59,388 nucleotides of DNA from an uncultured virus (IMG/VR IMGVR_UViG_3300025398_000930) (Duplodnaviria; Heunggongvirae; Uroviricota; Caudoviricetes), in IMG/VR virus record IMGVR_UViG_3300025398_000930; one strand, 5' to 3'. Within the stretch, counting starts at the first letter, position 1. Each line of letters starts with the position of its first letter. The notes beneath the pieces were generated by a model, which was not told where the DNA came from, searched no databases, and saw only the letters and a program-made list of their open reading frames with translations. Both the position numbers and the translations under genes were made by a program. Below are positions 9,814-19,278 of this stretch, piece by piece.

Positions 9814-10618
9814 TTTGTAATATATTGTTATATATCCAATCTTCAGATAAAATGTAATTTTGTGCTAAGTCAAAATTTTCCTTTATTACAGCTTTTTTAC
9901 TATCATAATATTCCGGTGTACATAATTTAAGCTTTTCTTTTAAATCATATAAATCGTTAAAGATAATAAAACCATCTGTATTAAAAAAATTACCTATCGA
10001 CGGACAGCCCCAGTATATAGGAATTGCTCCGGTCATCAAGGTATCAATTAGCTTTTCTGTAAAATAAAAATCTCTTCTACAGTTTTCAATTGCAAAGTGG
10101 TATCTATAATCAGCTAAACCTTCTACCTTATGCATTGTATTTTTTACAAACTGCTTGTATCGTGGACCAAAAGCATCTATCTTATCTCCAGCAGCAGCTA
10201 TAATTTGATGTCTCAGTTGATGACCAGGTAATTGGTTTTTACTGGATGCAATGATTGAAAACATTTTAGTTTTATCGTAAATTTTTCTCTCATCCACCTC
10301 TAACCAGCAACCACCTACAGGGTACCACTTTGCATTAGGTAAATTTAAAAACTCTTTATCGTGCGTCCAGATTTCTTTATATCTGTTTGCATTTTGTCGC
10401 GCATAAGCATAAGGTGCAGGATTAATGTCGTGTGGTTCTAACAACCAGGCAATATTACCTTTATCTAATTGATAATCAGTACATATAACATCGGTTCCTG
10501 AGGGTGCTTCGTTACGATTCCATATTATGTGCTTTGAAAAACTGACCGGTGGTGTTGGGTTATTGCTAAATGCACAATGACCGAAATTAGAGTCTTTTAT
10601 GTATAATTCTTTTTTCAT
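9797..10618 (-). CDS. Glycosyltransferase, GT10 (fucosyltransferase-like)
   Basis: YRYHFAIEN....YFTEKLIDTLMTGAIPIYWG. Confidence 0.8.
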   Translation of the reverse strand: MKKELYIKDSNFGHCAFSNNPTPPVSFSKHIIWNRNEAPSGTDVICTDYQLDKGNIAWLLEPHDINPAPYAYARQNANRYKEIWTHDKEFLNLPNAKWYPVGGCWLEVDERKIYDKTKMFSIIASSKNQLPGHQLRHQIIAAAGDKIDAFGPRYKQFVKNTMHKVEGLADYRYHFAIENCRRDFYFTEKLIDTLMTGAIPIYWGCPSIGNFFNTDGFIIFNDLYDLKEKLKLCTPEYYDSKKAVIKENFDLAQNYILSEDWIYNNILQNEKTI

Positions 10619-11403
10619 ATTTTTAACCAGCTTTCTACCTGTAAATCTTTACCGTCTGATGGACCATCACTACCAAACCAAAGTTTAGGCATAACGACAA
10701 TTTTATTATCGTTATTATTAAGCCATGCACCCCACCATGAATAAGAAGAATTAGTAATAATATTATGATTGCATAAAGTCATCATAATAAAATCATCTAT
10801 ATCGCTTCTACCTTTCATAAAAAGAACCTTTTTACCGGTTTGATTAAACAGATTGACATTAGCTCTACACCAATCAATATCATCTGAAAATACTATATAT
10901 GTATTAACATTAGTACGGCTCTCTATTTCTTTTTGAGCGTTTACCCAATAATCTGCAGGTTGTTGAATGTGTATATTAGGGTATTTTAGATAATCGCCGC
11001 GGCGTACATGTATAGAACACGTATCACCTAAATTTGCTTGTAATAGTGCTTCTTTAACCGGTGCTACATACTCGTCTTTAAACGTAAAGTATTTACGAAT
11101 GGCTTCTATAGCTTGAGGTGTATTAAAGTATTTATCACTCTGAAAATAACCTTCAAGATATGTAAAATTAGTCTTTGATAGTGTTACAGGTGAATAATTA
11201 AAGCCTTGTTCTTTTACTACCTCACCTGGCCCAGGCGCTAAACCCGGTAACGCCTCTTTAAAGTAACGATTATTTTTCCATTCTGCAAAACCATATTTTA
11301 AATCACTACTAATAGCAATACCAATGGTGCTGGCGATCAAAAATAATTGATTACCAAATCTACCACCTTTACTGTCTACAATACCGAAATGAGTTACTTG
11401 CAT
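10615..11403 (-). CDS. Glycosyltransferase, GT11 (alpha-1,2-fucosyltransferase-like)
   Basis: GRFGNQLF, EGYFQS, SIHVRRGDY, FSDDIDW, NSSYSWWGAWL. Confidence 0.9.
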   Translation of the reverse strand: MQVTHFGIVDSKGGRFGNQLFLIASTIGIAISSDLKYGFAEWKNNRYFKEALPGLAPGPGEVVKEQGFNYSPVTLSKTNFTYLEGYFQSDKYFNTPQAIEAIRKYFTFKDEYVAPVKEALLQANLGDTCSIHVRRGDYLKYPNIHIQQPADYWVNAQKEIESRTNVNTYIVFSDDIDWCRANVNLFNQTGKKVLFMKGRSDIDDFIMMTLCNHNIITNSSYSWWGAWLNNNDNKIVVMPKLWFGSDGPSDGKDLQVESWLKI

Positions 11404-12191
11404 TTGTAAATATTTTTAAGTTTTTCTAAAACCGTTTCTAAAGGAGTGTCTTGGTTTTCTACAGCTGAAACCCCATGTAATTTTCTATAATAATCAGCAC
11501 CTTTTCTCATATTATCAGTCCATTTTTCAGTGTGGGTAATAGAACTATTTTGAATAGAACCAGGTATCTCTGTTAATATATCATCACTACCCTCAACATC
11601 AGGAAACCACCAAAACGCAGGTAAAAAGCCTTTTTTAATACCTCTTTGACATAGCTCTACATGTTCCCAGGCGTTTTTAAAATACTCATCATGTGTACCA
11701 ACTTCCTTAATATACTTCGGGTTAAAATAAGAAAAAGCCCCAACACTATGCATATTAAGAGCAACTTTAACGTTGTTTGGGTACTCTACTATATAGCGAG
11801 GGTTTGGCTTACTATAATCTGTTGTTCTATTAGCTGGCCCATGATAACCGAAATTTAAGTGCGTAATACCAGTAGCATTAGCTGTATCAATGTACTTTTG
11901 CCAAACATCTGATGTTTTAATTATGATATCATTTTCAATTAAAAATAAATGCTCACACCCTCTATTAAGTAAAGTACGAATTGCATTGTTTTTAGCTACA
12001 CCTACAGTCTGATAAGGTGGTCTATTATTCATTATCTCGATACCTTCAGGTAGTGTACCGTCTGGTATCTTAATACCATCATTAATTAAAATGATATCAG
12101 TTAATGGACCTTTATTTGCAAGAATACTTGCAACACACTGTTTAGTGTATTCCAATCTATCACACGCTATTACTGCTGCTCCTATTTTCAT
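11394..12191 (-). CDS. Glycosyltransferase, GT2-like
   Basis: ILINDG, GVAKNNA, FLIEND, VGTHDE..KNAWEH. Confidence 0.75.
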   Translation of the reverse strand: MKIGAAVIACDRLEYTKQCVASILANKGPLTDIILINDGIKIPDGTLPEGIEIMNNRPPYQTVGVAKNNAIRTLLNRGCEHLFLIENDIIIKTSDVWQKYIDTANATGITHLNFGYHGPANRTTDYSKPNPRYIVEYPNNVKVALNMHSVGAFSYFNPKYIKEVGTHDEYFKNAWEHVELCQRGIKKGFLPAFWWFPDVEGSDDILTEIPGSIQNSSITHTEKWTDNMRKGADYYRKLHGVSAVENQDTPLETVLEKLKNIYKCK

Positions 12192-13243
12192 GTTATTGTA
12201 AGTGCTCTATGATATACATCAGTTACGTAATTTTTCACTTTTTCTTTATGATTAATATCTAATATGTCGATAAATTCTGATATTGAATTTTCTATACTAA
12301 TATTAAAATCTTTAGTGTTCGCTTCTTCTATATTAAGTTTACTTGATTCAGTATAGTCATACTCAATTGTAAACTCTACTGGTTTAATAGAAACAAGCTT
12401 TCTAACAATAGTATCTACAACATCTGGTTTAAGATGTGTATCTATATAGAACTTAACAATATTGTTACGTATAAAGCCTTTAAGCGATTCAGCAGTATAG
12501 GTACCGTTTGCGATATCTGAATATCTTATTTTATTGTAACGAGGTGAAATAGTGTTTTCAATAAATGTATAGCTTAAGTCAGTTAAGTCTAATATATACA
12601 AACCTTTATTAGTACCATAATCACCCCAATCCTGTTGATATGGTGCACCAACATAAAGAATAGTACCGTCTTTGTATTTGCGTTCTTCTCTATGATGGAA
12701 ATGACCTGTAATTGTAAGAGGTGCACGATCAGTTAAGTCAGAAGCTTTAAGTCCGTTTGTACATACCTTAAACGAATTCATTTTAAAGCTATTAACTTCA
12801 AAATGCCCTACAATTAAGTCACACTTAGGTACTTCGTTAATATCTTGACCCCAAGGACAAAAAGCTATTTTCTTTCCTTGGAGCGTCTCGACAGTAAGAG
12901 TATCAACAACAGTAATATTGCTCCAACCACGAAGAATGGATACGGAATTAACAGAAGAATTATCCCGGTAATAAGCATCGTGGTTGCCCACGGTAATAAT
13001 GATATTAAAATCACGCAATACATCAAAAATGTCAGTAGCCACGTGAAGAGTATTAACAGCAATGTCATTACGATCATGAAATATGTCTCCAGGAATTATA
13101 ATATCTTTTATACCGCGTTGTTTGAACTGATCAGCAGCCCATATAGCATGATCCAAAGCAATTTTATGCCATATTTCACTATTACGGTGAACACCATAAT
13201 GAGGATCTGAAAATATACCGACTTCTGTACCTTTAATCTGCAT
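12188..13243 (-). CDS. gp47: Recombination endonuclease nuclease subunit (gp47/SbcD/Mre11-like)
   Basis: Metallophosphoesterase motifs SDPHYG, GDIFH, GNHD, GHFH; start placed at MQIKG (13243). Confidence 0.92.
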   Translation of the reverse strand: MQIKGTEVGIFSDPHYGVHRNSEIWHKIALDHAIWAADQFKQRGIKDIIIPGDIFHDRNDIAVNTLHVATDIFDVLRDFNIIITVGNHDAYYRDNSSVNSVSILRGWSNITVVDTLTVETLQGKKIAFCPWGQDINEVPKCDLIVGHFEVNSFKMNSFKVCTNGLKASDLTDRAPLTITGHFHHREERKYKDGTILYVGAPYQQDWGDYGTNKGLYILDLTDLSYTFIENTISPRYNKIRYSDIANGTYTAESLKGFIRNNIVKFYIDTHLKPDVVDTIVRKLVSIKPVEFTIEYDYTESSKLNIEEANTKDFNISIENSISEFIDILDINHKEKVKNYVTDVYHRALTIT

Positions 13244-13733
13244 GTTTATTATTTGGGTTAACCGGATCATCAACACCTACACCAGGTCCAATGATACTAT
13301 ACACTTCTTCTTGATATGCAGCTAAAGTATCGCGTTGACGTTTTTCTTTCTTAATACGCGACCTCCAGCAGTTAAACGAAATTGAATTAAAGTATGAAAA
13401 CGGGTTACTACCTTTGTCAAAATTGTATTTTTTATCTTTTAATGCATTGAACATATTAATTAGGGAGTCTCCGATAGCGTCTTCTTTAAATGTATAATTG
13501 ATGAAATTAGATGCATGTGCAAGCCCATAAGCAATGTTTTTAATCATCATTGCTAATTCATTAGTAATAATGTTGGTTTCATAATATTTGCGTAGTTCAG
13601 CCGTAAAATCAGCTGGACTTACATAATAAACCTTTTTAGCTTTAGCAGACTCGCTTAACGGCTTTTTAGGCTTAGGCGGGGCTTCAGCTTTCGGTAATTG
13701 TTTTTTCGGTAATTTTGATTTGTTCAAGGGCAT
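13233..13733 (-). CDS. gp55: Late-transcription sigma factor (gp55-like)
   Basis: YYVS...IAYGLAHASNFINYTFKEDAIGD...NPFSYF..I.FN....RIKKEKRQ; start placed at MPLNK (13733). Confidence 0.85.
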   Translation of the reverse strand: MPLNKSKLPKKQLPKAEAPPKPKKPLSESAKAKKVYYVSPADFTAELRKYYETNIITNELAMMIKNIAYGLAHASNFINYTFKEDAIGDSLINMFNALKDKKYNFDKGSNPFSYFNSISFNCWRSRIKKEKRQRDTLAAYQEEVYSIIGPGVGVDDPVNPNNKHAD

Positions 13734-15135
13734 AAAATTCTTTTCGTTTTTCGTAATGTTTACCACCATAGATAAGTTCGTCTACAATGTCAATAATAGT
13801 GAGAATGTCTTTATTCTCATGAACACGTAAACCACGACCAATAGACTGTAAGGTCTTGATCTTAGACTTACCTCCAGCAGCAAACATAATATAATGTATG
13901 TTTTTTATAGAAATTCCAGTAGAAAATATCTTACTAATAGCAATACATACAACATTGTTGTGTTGCTCCATTAAGTCTTGTACCTTTTTGCGGTCTTCTA
14001 CTTCTACACTACCCTGTATAAAGAATACTTGTTTGTCTTTGAGGGTAGATAGGGTGTCGTACATTTTTTCACCGTGAGCAATATGATCCACTAACACCAA
14101 GCAATTGTTTGTTAGTTTACTTATCATACGTTCAATAAGCGAGTATCTAAAATTGTTGTTATGTATGAAATCTAATTCAGTTAAATAACGTTGAGACGCT
14201 GCAACTGCAGTATAGTCAGGTTTCATTCCATATTCTACATGTAATGCAATTGCTTGTGCATTAGCAATATATTCCCCCCCTGCTGCTTCTCTTAATTCTG
14301 TAGTAGTCTTTTTAAATATGACCGGACCAATATAATTGTTAATGTTCCACTTGTCTATATCGTTCTCTGGTAATGTACCTGTAAAACCAATACGTCTCAA
14401 AGTAGGAACCTTGTCAAGTAATTTACACACCTTGTTACCTCTACGTAACTTATGACATTCATCTACTACTAATAACCCTACTTTGTTAAACCACGTAATA
14501 TCCGAAGATTTACTTTGTAAAATACCCATATTAGCGATAATAACCCGTGCGTTAGGGTTTAACTCACTATCACCAGTCCACTTACTCACTATTTCCATAG
14601 GAAAATTATAAGAAGTAAAGTCCTTAAATGTTTGAGCTACTAATCCTAAGTCTGGAACCACTATTAGTATTTTTTCAGTAGGTTCTATTTGGTGTAGTGC
14701 AGCATATACTAAGTTAGCAATGATTAACGTTTTACCACCACCGGTTGCTAACTCTACAACACCATAACCACTATCTAAAGCTTTAGTAACAGCAGTCTCC
14801 TGATAATCTCTAAGCTTAAACTCGCTGTTTAATGTTTTAAAATTATTAGGCTTAAGTATATGAGTACGTATTACAACATCCTTATACTCTTGATTGAGTT
14901 TAATCTCAAACGGTATAGTTTGAGAGTTAAGGTAATCTATAATACCTGGAACCAAACCAACACCACAATACCCTGCATTAGTAATAGCGTATGTACGCTG
15001 AGGTAAAAATCGCTGATAACGATTAAACCTGGCACCCGGGTTCTTTACACTAAAATGTTCCTTAATATTGTTAAGGAATTCCGAAACAATCTTTACTTCT
15101 TTACGCTTAGGGTCATATTGAAATTCTACTACCAT
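13684..15135 (-). CDS. uvsW: UvsW-like SF2 DNA helicase
   Basis: LRDYQ, ATGGGKT, DECH, GFTGT, QSIGRGLR. Confidence 0.92.
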   Translation of the reverse strand: MVVEFQYDPKRKEVKIVSEFLNNIKEHFSVKNPGARFNRYQRFLPQRTYAITNAGYCGVGLVPGIIDYLNSQTIPFEIKLNQEYKDVVIRTHILKPNNFKTLNSEFKLRDYQETAVTKALDSGYGVVELATGGGKTLIIANLVYAALHQIEPTEKILIVVPDLGLVAQTFKDFTSYNFPMEIVSKWTGDSELNPNARVIIANMGILQSKSSDITWFNKVGLLVVDECHKLRRGNKVCKLLDKVPTLRRIGFTGTLPENDIDKWNINNYIGPVIFKKTTTELREAAGGEYIANAQAIALHVEYGMKPDYTAVAASQRYLTELDFIHNNNFRYSLIERMISKLTNNCLVLVDHIAHGEKMYDTLSTLKDKQVFFIQGSVEVEDRKKVQDLMEQHNNVVCIAISKIFSTGISIKNIHYIMFAAGGKSKIKTLQSIGRGLRVHENKDILTIIDIVDELIYGGKHYEKRKEFYALEQIKITEKTITES

Positions 15136-15536
15136 TACGTTGTTTCAAGTTTTTGCAAATCGATTACGTTTTTACAATCGTAGGTTAACGAGCTGGTTAG
15201 TTTTTCTACCTTTTCAAGATATTCAATAATACCCTCTAACTTGTCAATAAATTCTTGTAGTTGTGTAATTTCAGGGTTATTTTGAGTTAACTGATCAAGT
15301 GCAGTTTTACTCATAGAAATTGGACTTGCATTAGCAGCACTCTTAATTTTTTCTTTCTTTATTGATTGAAATCTACGTAATTGTGCTTTATGCTGCATCA
15401 TACGTGCTACCCACTTGTGCTTAATGGTAGGTACCATCATAGCTTTATCTTTAAGAGATAATTCATCTACCTGTATATCCTGAACAATTTCAGTTTGGTA
15501 GTTAGTAAATAGTGTATCTAAATCTGGTAAGTCCAT
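15135..15536 (-). CDS. uvsY: Recombination mediator (UvsY-like)
   Basis: Helical ~133 aa protein directly upstream of uvsW; ends YLEKVEK...YDCKNVIDLQKLE, as in UvsY. Confidence 0.65.
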   Translation of the reverse strand: MDLPDLDTLFTNYQTEIVQDIQVDELSLKDKAMMVPTIKHKWVARMMQHKAQLRRFQSIKKEKIKSAANASPISMSKTALDQLTQNNPEITQLQEFIDKLEGIIEYLEKVEKLTSSLTYDCKNVIDLQKLETT

Positions 15537-15549
15537 AATTAACAACATA

Positions 15550-15577
15550 AGTATAACATATAATACAAATTAATCAA
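15550..15577 (-). promoter_or_regulatory. Sigma70-like promoter for the uvsY-uvsW-gp55-gp47 operon
   Basis: TTGATT-N16-TATACT. Confidence 0.6.
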
Positions 15578-15578
15578 C

Positions 15579-15863
15579 GTGAAAAAATTTAACAAAAAAT
15601 TCGAGCAACTTATGGAAGATATGGGAGCTGGTGTTCCAGCTGGTTCAGGTGTTACAACCAGTTCAGCAGGTATAGGTAGTACAAGTGCTGCTAATGGAGT
15701 ACCAATCGGGCAAAGCAGCGATAAAATATATGCTCCAGGTGATGCACGTAATCTATTTGGTGCACCGGAAAAGAAGAAAAAGTCAAAATTTAAAGCACCT
15801 AAAAACAATCCAGGTTTTAAATCCAAATTTAAGGTTATCCGTAGAACTCCGCCAAGTTTGTAA
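15579..15863 (+). CDS. Hypothetical protein (candidate head-internal protein)
   Basis: ORF 94 aa; N-terminus MKKFNKKFEQLMED, basic C-terminus, TAAGTA upstream. Confidence 0.55.
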   Translation: MKKFNKKFEQLMEDMGAGVPAGSGVTTSSAGIGSTSAANGVPIGQSSDKIYAPGDARNLFGAPEKKKKSKFKAPKNNPGFKSKFKVIRRTPPSL

Positions 15864-15876
15864 TAAGTCAAACTAA

Positions 15877-16374
15877 ATGGACTTAGGCCACTGGACTACT
15901 AATGAGAATTTTGATGCTAATAATTTACCTTACGGTTTTATTTACCGTATTTCTAACACCGTCTCTGGCAAGGTATATTTCGGAAAGAAACAAATTAAAA
16001 GCGTTAAAAAACTCAAGCCCCTCAAAGGAAGAAAAAACAAAAGACACTTTGACATAGAGACAGATTGGAAAACATATACATCATCTTCGAATGATGTTAA
16101 CAAAGATATAGAAACGTTAGGTAAGGACAAATTTAAGTTTGAAATATTGCGTTTTTGTGATAGTAAGTTTGAATTAGCTTATTACGAAGCTAAGATACAG
16201 TTTGATAATAATGTGTTACTGAAAGAAGGCTTTTACAACGGCATTATTAACTGTCGTATAGGTAGAGCGCCAGATGCACTGTTAAAAAAGCTTGCACAAC
16301 AAGAAAATGGCACTACTATAGATCCTGATGCGTTATCACAAAACAGATCTTTACTTGATAGTAGTAGACTTTGA
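15877..16374 (+). CDS. GIY-YIG-family nuclease-like protein
   Basis: YGFIYRISN...KVYFGKK...W..Y.SS...FEIL...E...YN. Confidence 0.7.
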   Translation: MDLGHWTTNENFDANNLPYGFIYRISNTVSGKVYFGKKQIKSVKKLKPLKGRKNKRHFDIETDWKTYTSSSNDVNKDIETLGKDKFKFEILRFCDSKFELAYYEAKIQFDNNVLLKEGFYNGIINCRIGRAPDALLKKLAQQENGTTIDPDALSQNRSLLDSSRL

Positions 16375-16810
16375 AAGTTTAGCTGAAGATATACAAAACA
16401 GCTATTTAACAAAGTTAAGAAGTGAATTTCAGATATTTCCTGACGATTTACCTAAAAAAGATGCAAATAGACTGTTAGTTTATTATATAATACAACATGT
16501 ACTCGAAATACAGGTAAAATTCAAAGAACATAAAAAGAATATAATATTTTACATTAACGAGAAGTTAGACACGTACAAAGACATAAAATCTAACTTTAAA
16601 AGCGTAGCGAATGCATTAAATTTAATAGTGTATACAAATATATTAGATTATAATTGTATGTACAGCAAATCCGGGGAATCTATAGAATTAAACAATAGTA
16701 TAACTAACTATCGATTTAATTTCGATCACAACAAGTATTCACATAAGAAACTATTAACTTATCTTAAAAAACGCAAGATAAGCCCGGATATTCTAAATCA
16801 ATATAAGTAG
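16328..16810 (+). CDS. Hypothetical protein
   Basis: ORF 160 aa with its own promoter-like sequence TTGCAC-N16-TACTAT. Confidence 0.55.
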   Translation: MRYHKTDLYLIVVDFESLAEDIQNSYLTKLRSEFQIFPDDLPKKDANRLLVYYIIQHVLEIQVKFKEHKKNIIFYINEKLDTYKDIKSNFKSVANALNLIVYTNILDYNCMYSKSGESIELNNSITNYRFNFDHNKYSHKKLLTYLKKRKISPDILNQYK

Positions 16811-17027
16811 CAAGCTTTCCGGAGATATATAATTATATATGATATAACAGGCGAGCGCAGCGAGTCTATAAAAAAATATACAAAGAAAACAACTCGCGCC
16901 CTACTTTAATACAAATTACTATTTGTGTAGAGTATGTCTTTTTCTCTCCTCGGTATTATATTAAATGAATCCACGAAAAATCAACTATAGTTCTTTATTT
17001 TTGTTGTAAGTATGTAAATATTAACAA

Positions 17028-17426
17028 ATGGATTCCTTCTACGAAGAGTTTAAACCTAAAAGCAAATTTCTTGCAATTGTCGCGAAGTTTAAAAGACCCG
17101 GGCTTGCTAAAGAAGGTGTTCCAGGAGATACAACCGCAACAACGCCAGCAGCTACTACTACTGGTACAACTCCAGCAGCAGGGGCATCAGCGCCTAATCC
17201 AGCTTTAGCACAAGCACAAGATAAGGTTAATAAGGATGTAGCTGATTTAAAGAAGAAGCAAAAAACACAAGCACAACAAGATATCAATTTAACTAACAGT
17301 CAAATGGGTCAACTTAAGAATCAGTTAAACTCTCAAGACCCAGCACAAAAAGCAATGGCACAAGCTGCAATAGCTACAGCTAATGCAAAATTACAACAAG
17401 CACAAGCAATACTAAAACAACCATGA
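17028..17426 (+). CDS. Hypothetical Ala/Thr/Gln-rich protein
   Basis: ORF 132 aa, late motif upstream, ATGA overlap with the next gene. Confidence 0.6.
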   Translation: MDSFYEEFKPKSKFLAIVAKFKRPGLAKEGVPGDTTATTPAATTTGTTPAAGASAPNPALAQAQDKVNKDVADLKKKQKTQAQQDINLTNSQMGQLKNQLNSQDPAQKAMAQAAIATANAKLQQAQAILKQP

Positions 17427-17767
17427 GTAAATTTATAAACAAACTTAACGAAGTTTATTTTAACATTTTAGAGCAAGATGCACCTGCAGGTTTAAACCAA
17501 GCTGGTGGACCTCAAGGAGATCAAGCAACAGCTCCAGCGCCAGCGCCAGCAGCTGCACCCGCTCCAGCGGCACCTGCTCCTGAACAAGAAGCTCAACCAA
17601 TGACACCTGAAGGTAAAGTGTTTTTAGTAGAACTTGCTCTTAAAGCACTTGCTGTTGATTCGTCAACTATTAGTGAACAAGACAAGGCAATATTTGAAAC
17701 ACACGTTACTAAGGATAACGCTAATCAAGTAGCTGACCGCATTAGACAGATTGTAGAAGGTCTTTAA
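17423..17767 (+). CDS. Hypothetical protein with an Ala-Pro linker
   Basis: ORF 114 aa; MSKFINKLNE...ILEQD; (AP)n stretch. Confidence 0.6.
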   Translation: MSKFINKLNEVYFNILEQDAPAGLNQAGGPQGDQATAPAPAPAAAPAPAAPAPEQEAQPMTPEGKVFLVELALKALAVDSSTISEQDKAIFETHVTKDNANQVADRIRQIVEGL

Positions 17768-18378
17768 TTAAAGTACCTCTTAGCAAAAGCTGTATTACGA
17801 CCGGTTAATTCTTTTCCGTTTGAATGGCGTTTGTATTGAGCCATCATTGTATTTGTATCGTTATTAATTACACCATCAATAAATTGAGGAAACTTGTTAA
17901 TAACACCATTAAAAGCAAAGTCTACTAACATTTCTTTGCTCTTGTTTGGTAATTTTTCAAACGTACCAGCTCCATAAGTTTTGTTAACAATATGTTTTGC
18001 TGTTTCTGAAGCTTTCATTATATCTCTAATTAAGAGCTTGGTTGCTTCTTCATCTGTAAGCCCTTTACTAAAATTATCACCTGGATGTAGCTTGTGACCG
18101 TATGCAATCGTATCCGTACCACCTTCTACACTCTTATGAGGGTGCCATAGTCCGTGTTTGAACCCGGTGTGAGTACTATTCTCTACGCTTTTAATATAGT
18201 TAATAAAACCAGGCGTTGGCATAAAGCTTGCCTGATAAAAGGATTTAAAATCTGTAGCAGGCTTGCTTACCTTGTGTACTATTGCAGCAGGTTCATCAAA
18301 ATGTATGGATGGTGGGGGAGGAGGTACATCCATAGCTTCTTTTATATTTACTTGCTTCTTATGCTTTACCGATTGCAT
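17764..18378 (-). CDS. Lysozyme-like peptidoglycan hydrolase
   Basis: IKSVEN...EGGTDTIAYGH...LTDEEATKLL..D...LVDFAFN.....FP, resembling T4-type (GH24) lysozymes. Confidence 0.7.
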   Translation of the reverse strand: MQSVKHKKQVNIKEAMDVPPPPPSIHFDEPAAIVHKVSKPATDFKSFYQASFMPTPGFINYIKSVENSTHTGFKHGLWHPHKSVEGGTDTIAYGHKLHPGDNFSKGLTDEEATKLLIRDIMKASETAKHIVNKTYGAGTFEKLPNKSKEMLVDFAFNGVINKFPQFIDGVINNDTNTMMAQYKRHSNGKELTGRNTAFAKRYFN

Positions 18379-18412
18379 TAATATTACTTACAATAAATAA
18401 CCATTATTAAAA

Positions 18413-18766
18413 GTGATTATAAAATATAGAAATAAAAATTATAGCAGCGAAGACTTACCAATTTTTGTATATTTTAAAACGGATTTTAATAGAAAAGAAT
18501 TCCTGAGCATATTAGCTCACTACAAACTTGGTACATATTACCGTATTACATGTACTCATGCTATTTTAGCTGGCAACACAATCATAAAGGATAAAAAAGC
18601 ATACATATATTTTCGTATAGATGAAAAGGAAGAAAAGAGATTGTTGCAACGATCATTATGGGAAAACGATGAACCGGATAATAACGCCATGATGTGTGCA
18701 CCCTCGGATATAAAAGAAACTAATTTATTAAGTTGGGCAGAAAAAAATATAGATAGGCTTGATTAA
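18413..18766 (+). CDS. Hypothetical protein
   Basis: ORF 117 aa filling the gap; no recognised motif. Confidence 0.5.
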   Translation: MIIKYRNKNYSSEDLPIFVYFKTDFNRKEFLSILAHYKLGTYYRITCTHAILAGNTIIKDKKAYIYFRIDEKEEKRLLQRSLWENDEPDNNAMMCAPSDIKETNLLSWAEKNIDRLD

Positions 18767-18786
18767 TAGCTTTTATACGTTACTAT
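18759..18786 (+). promoter_or_regulatory. Sigma70-like promoter for queD
   Basis: TTGATT-N16-TACTAT, 6 nt before ATG. Confidence 0.6.
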
Positions 18787-18792
18787 ACGTAT

Positions 18793-19257
18793 ATGAGCAA
18801 ATTCGTATCTACTAAAGTAATTCCATTAGGCTCGTGCGCGTTCCGTCAGCCTTTTGCAGAAAGTCATTGTAAATTTATACACGGTTATCGCTTACAAGCT
18901 AAATTTTGGTTTGAAACCAATGTATTAGATCAAAACAACTGGGTAGTAGATTTTGGTGGTTTAAAAGGTCTTAAAACAATATTAGAGGATTATTTTGACC
19001 ACAAAACTGTTGTTTGGGTAAATGATCCAGAGTTAAATACGTTTAAGCGTATGGCAGATAAAGGTATGGTTGATTTAGTTATTCTTACTGATGGAGTAGG
19101 TATAGAACGTTTTGCTGAACTTTGCCACAAATTAGCAAACGATTATGTAGAAGAAATGACTAATGGACGTTGCTGGTGTGCTAAAGTAGAGGTTTGGGAA
19201 CACGAGCAAAATAGTGCCATTTATGAATCAGAACCAAGCGGTGGGTGGAAAAGCTAA
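18793..19257 (+). CDS. queD: 6-carboxy-5,6,7,8-tetrahydropterin synthase (QueD/PTPS family)
   Basis: SHCKFIHGY, WVVDFGGLK, FDHKT, VEVWEHEQN. Confidence 0.88.
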   Translation: MSKFVSTKVIPLGSCAFRQPFAESHCKFIHGYRLQAKFWFETNVLDQNNWVVDFGGLKGLKTILEDYFDHKTVVWVNDPELNTFKRMADKGMVDLVILTDGVGIERFAELCHKLANDYVEEMTNGRCWCAKVEVWEHEQNSAIYESEPSGGWKS

Positions 19258-19278
19258 TTTTACATACTATAATAAATT

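Noticed and set aside
16811..17027. tRNA gene in the intergenic gap
   Set aside because: No cloverleaf or T-loop GTTC motif could be found by eye here or in other gaps; a tRNAscan run is needed to exclude it fully
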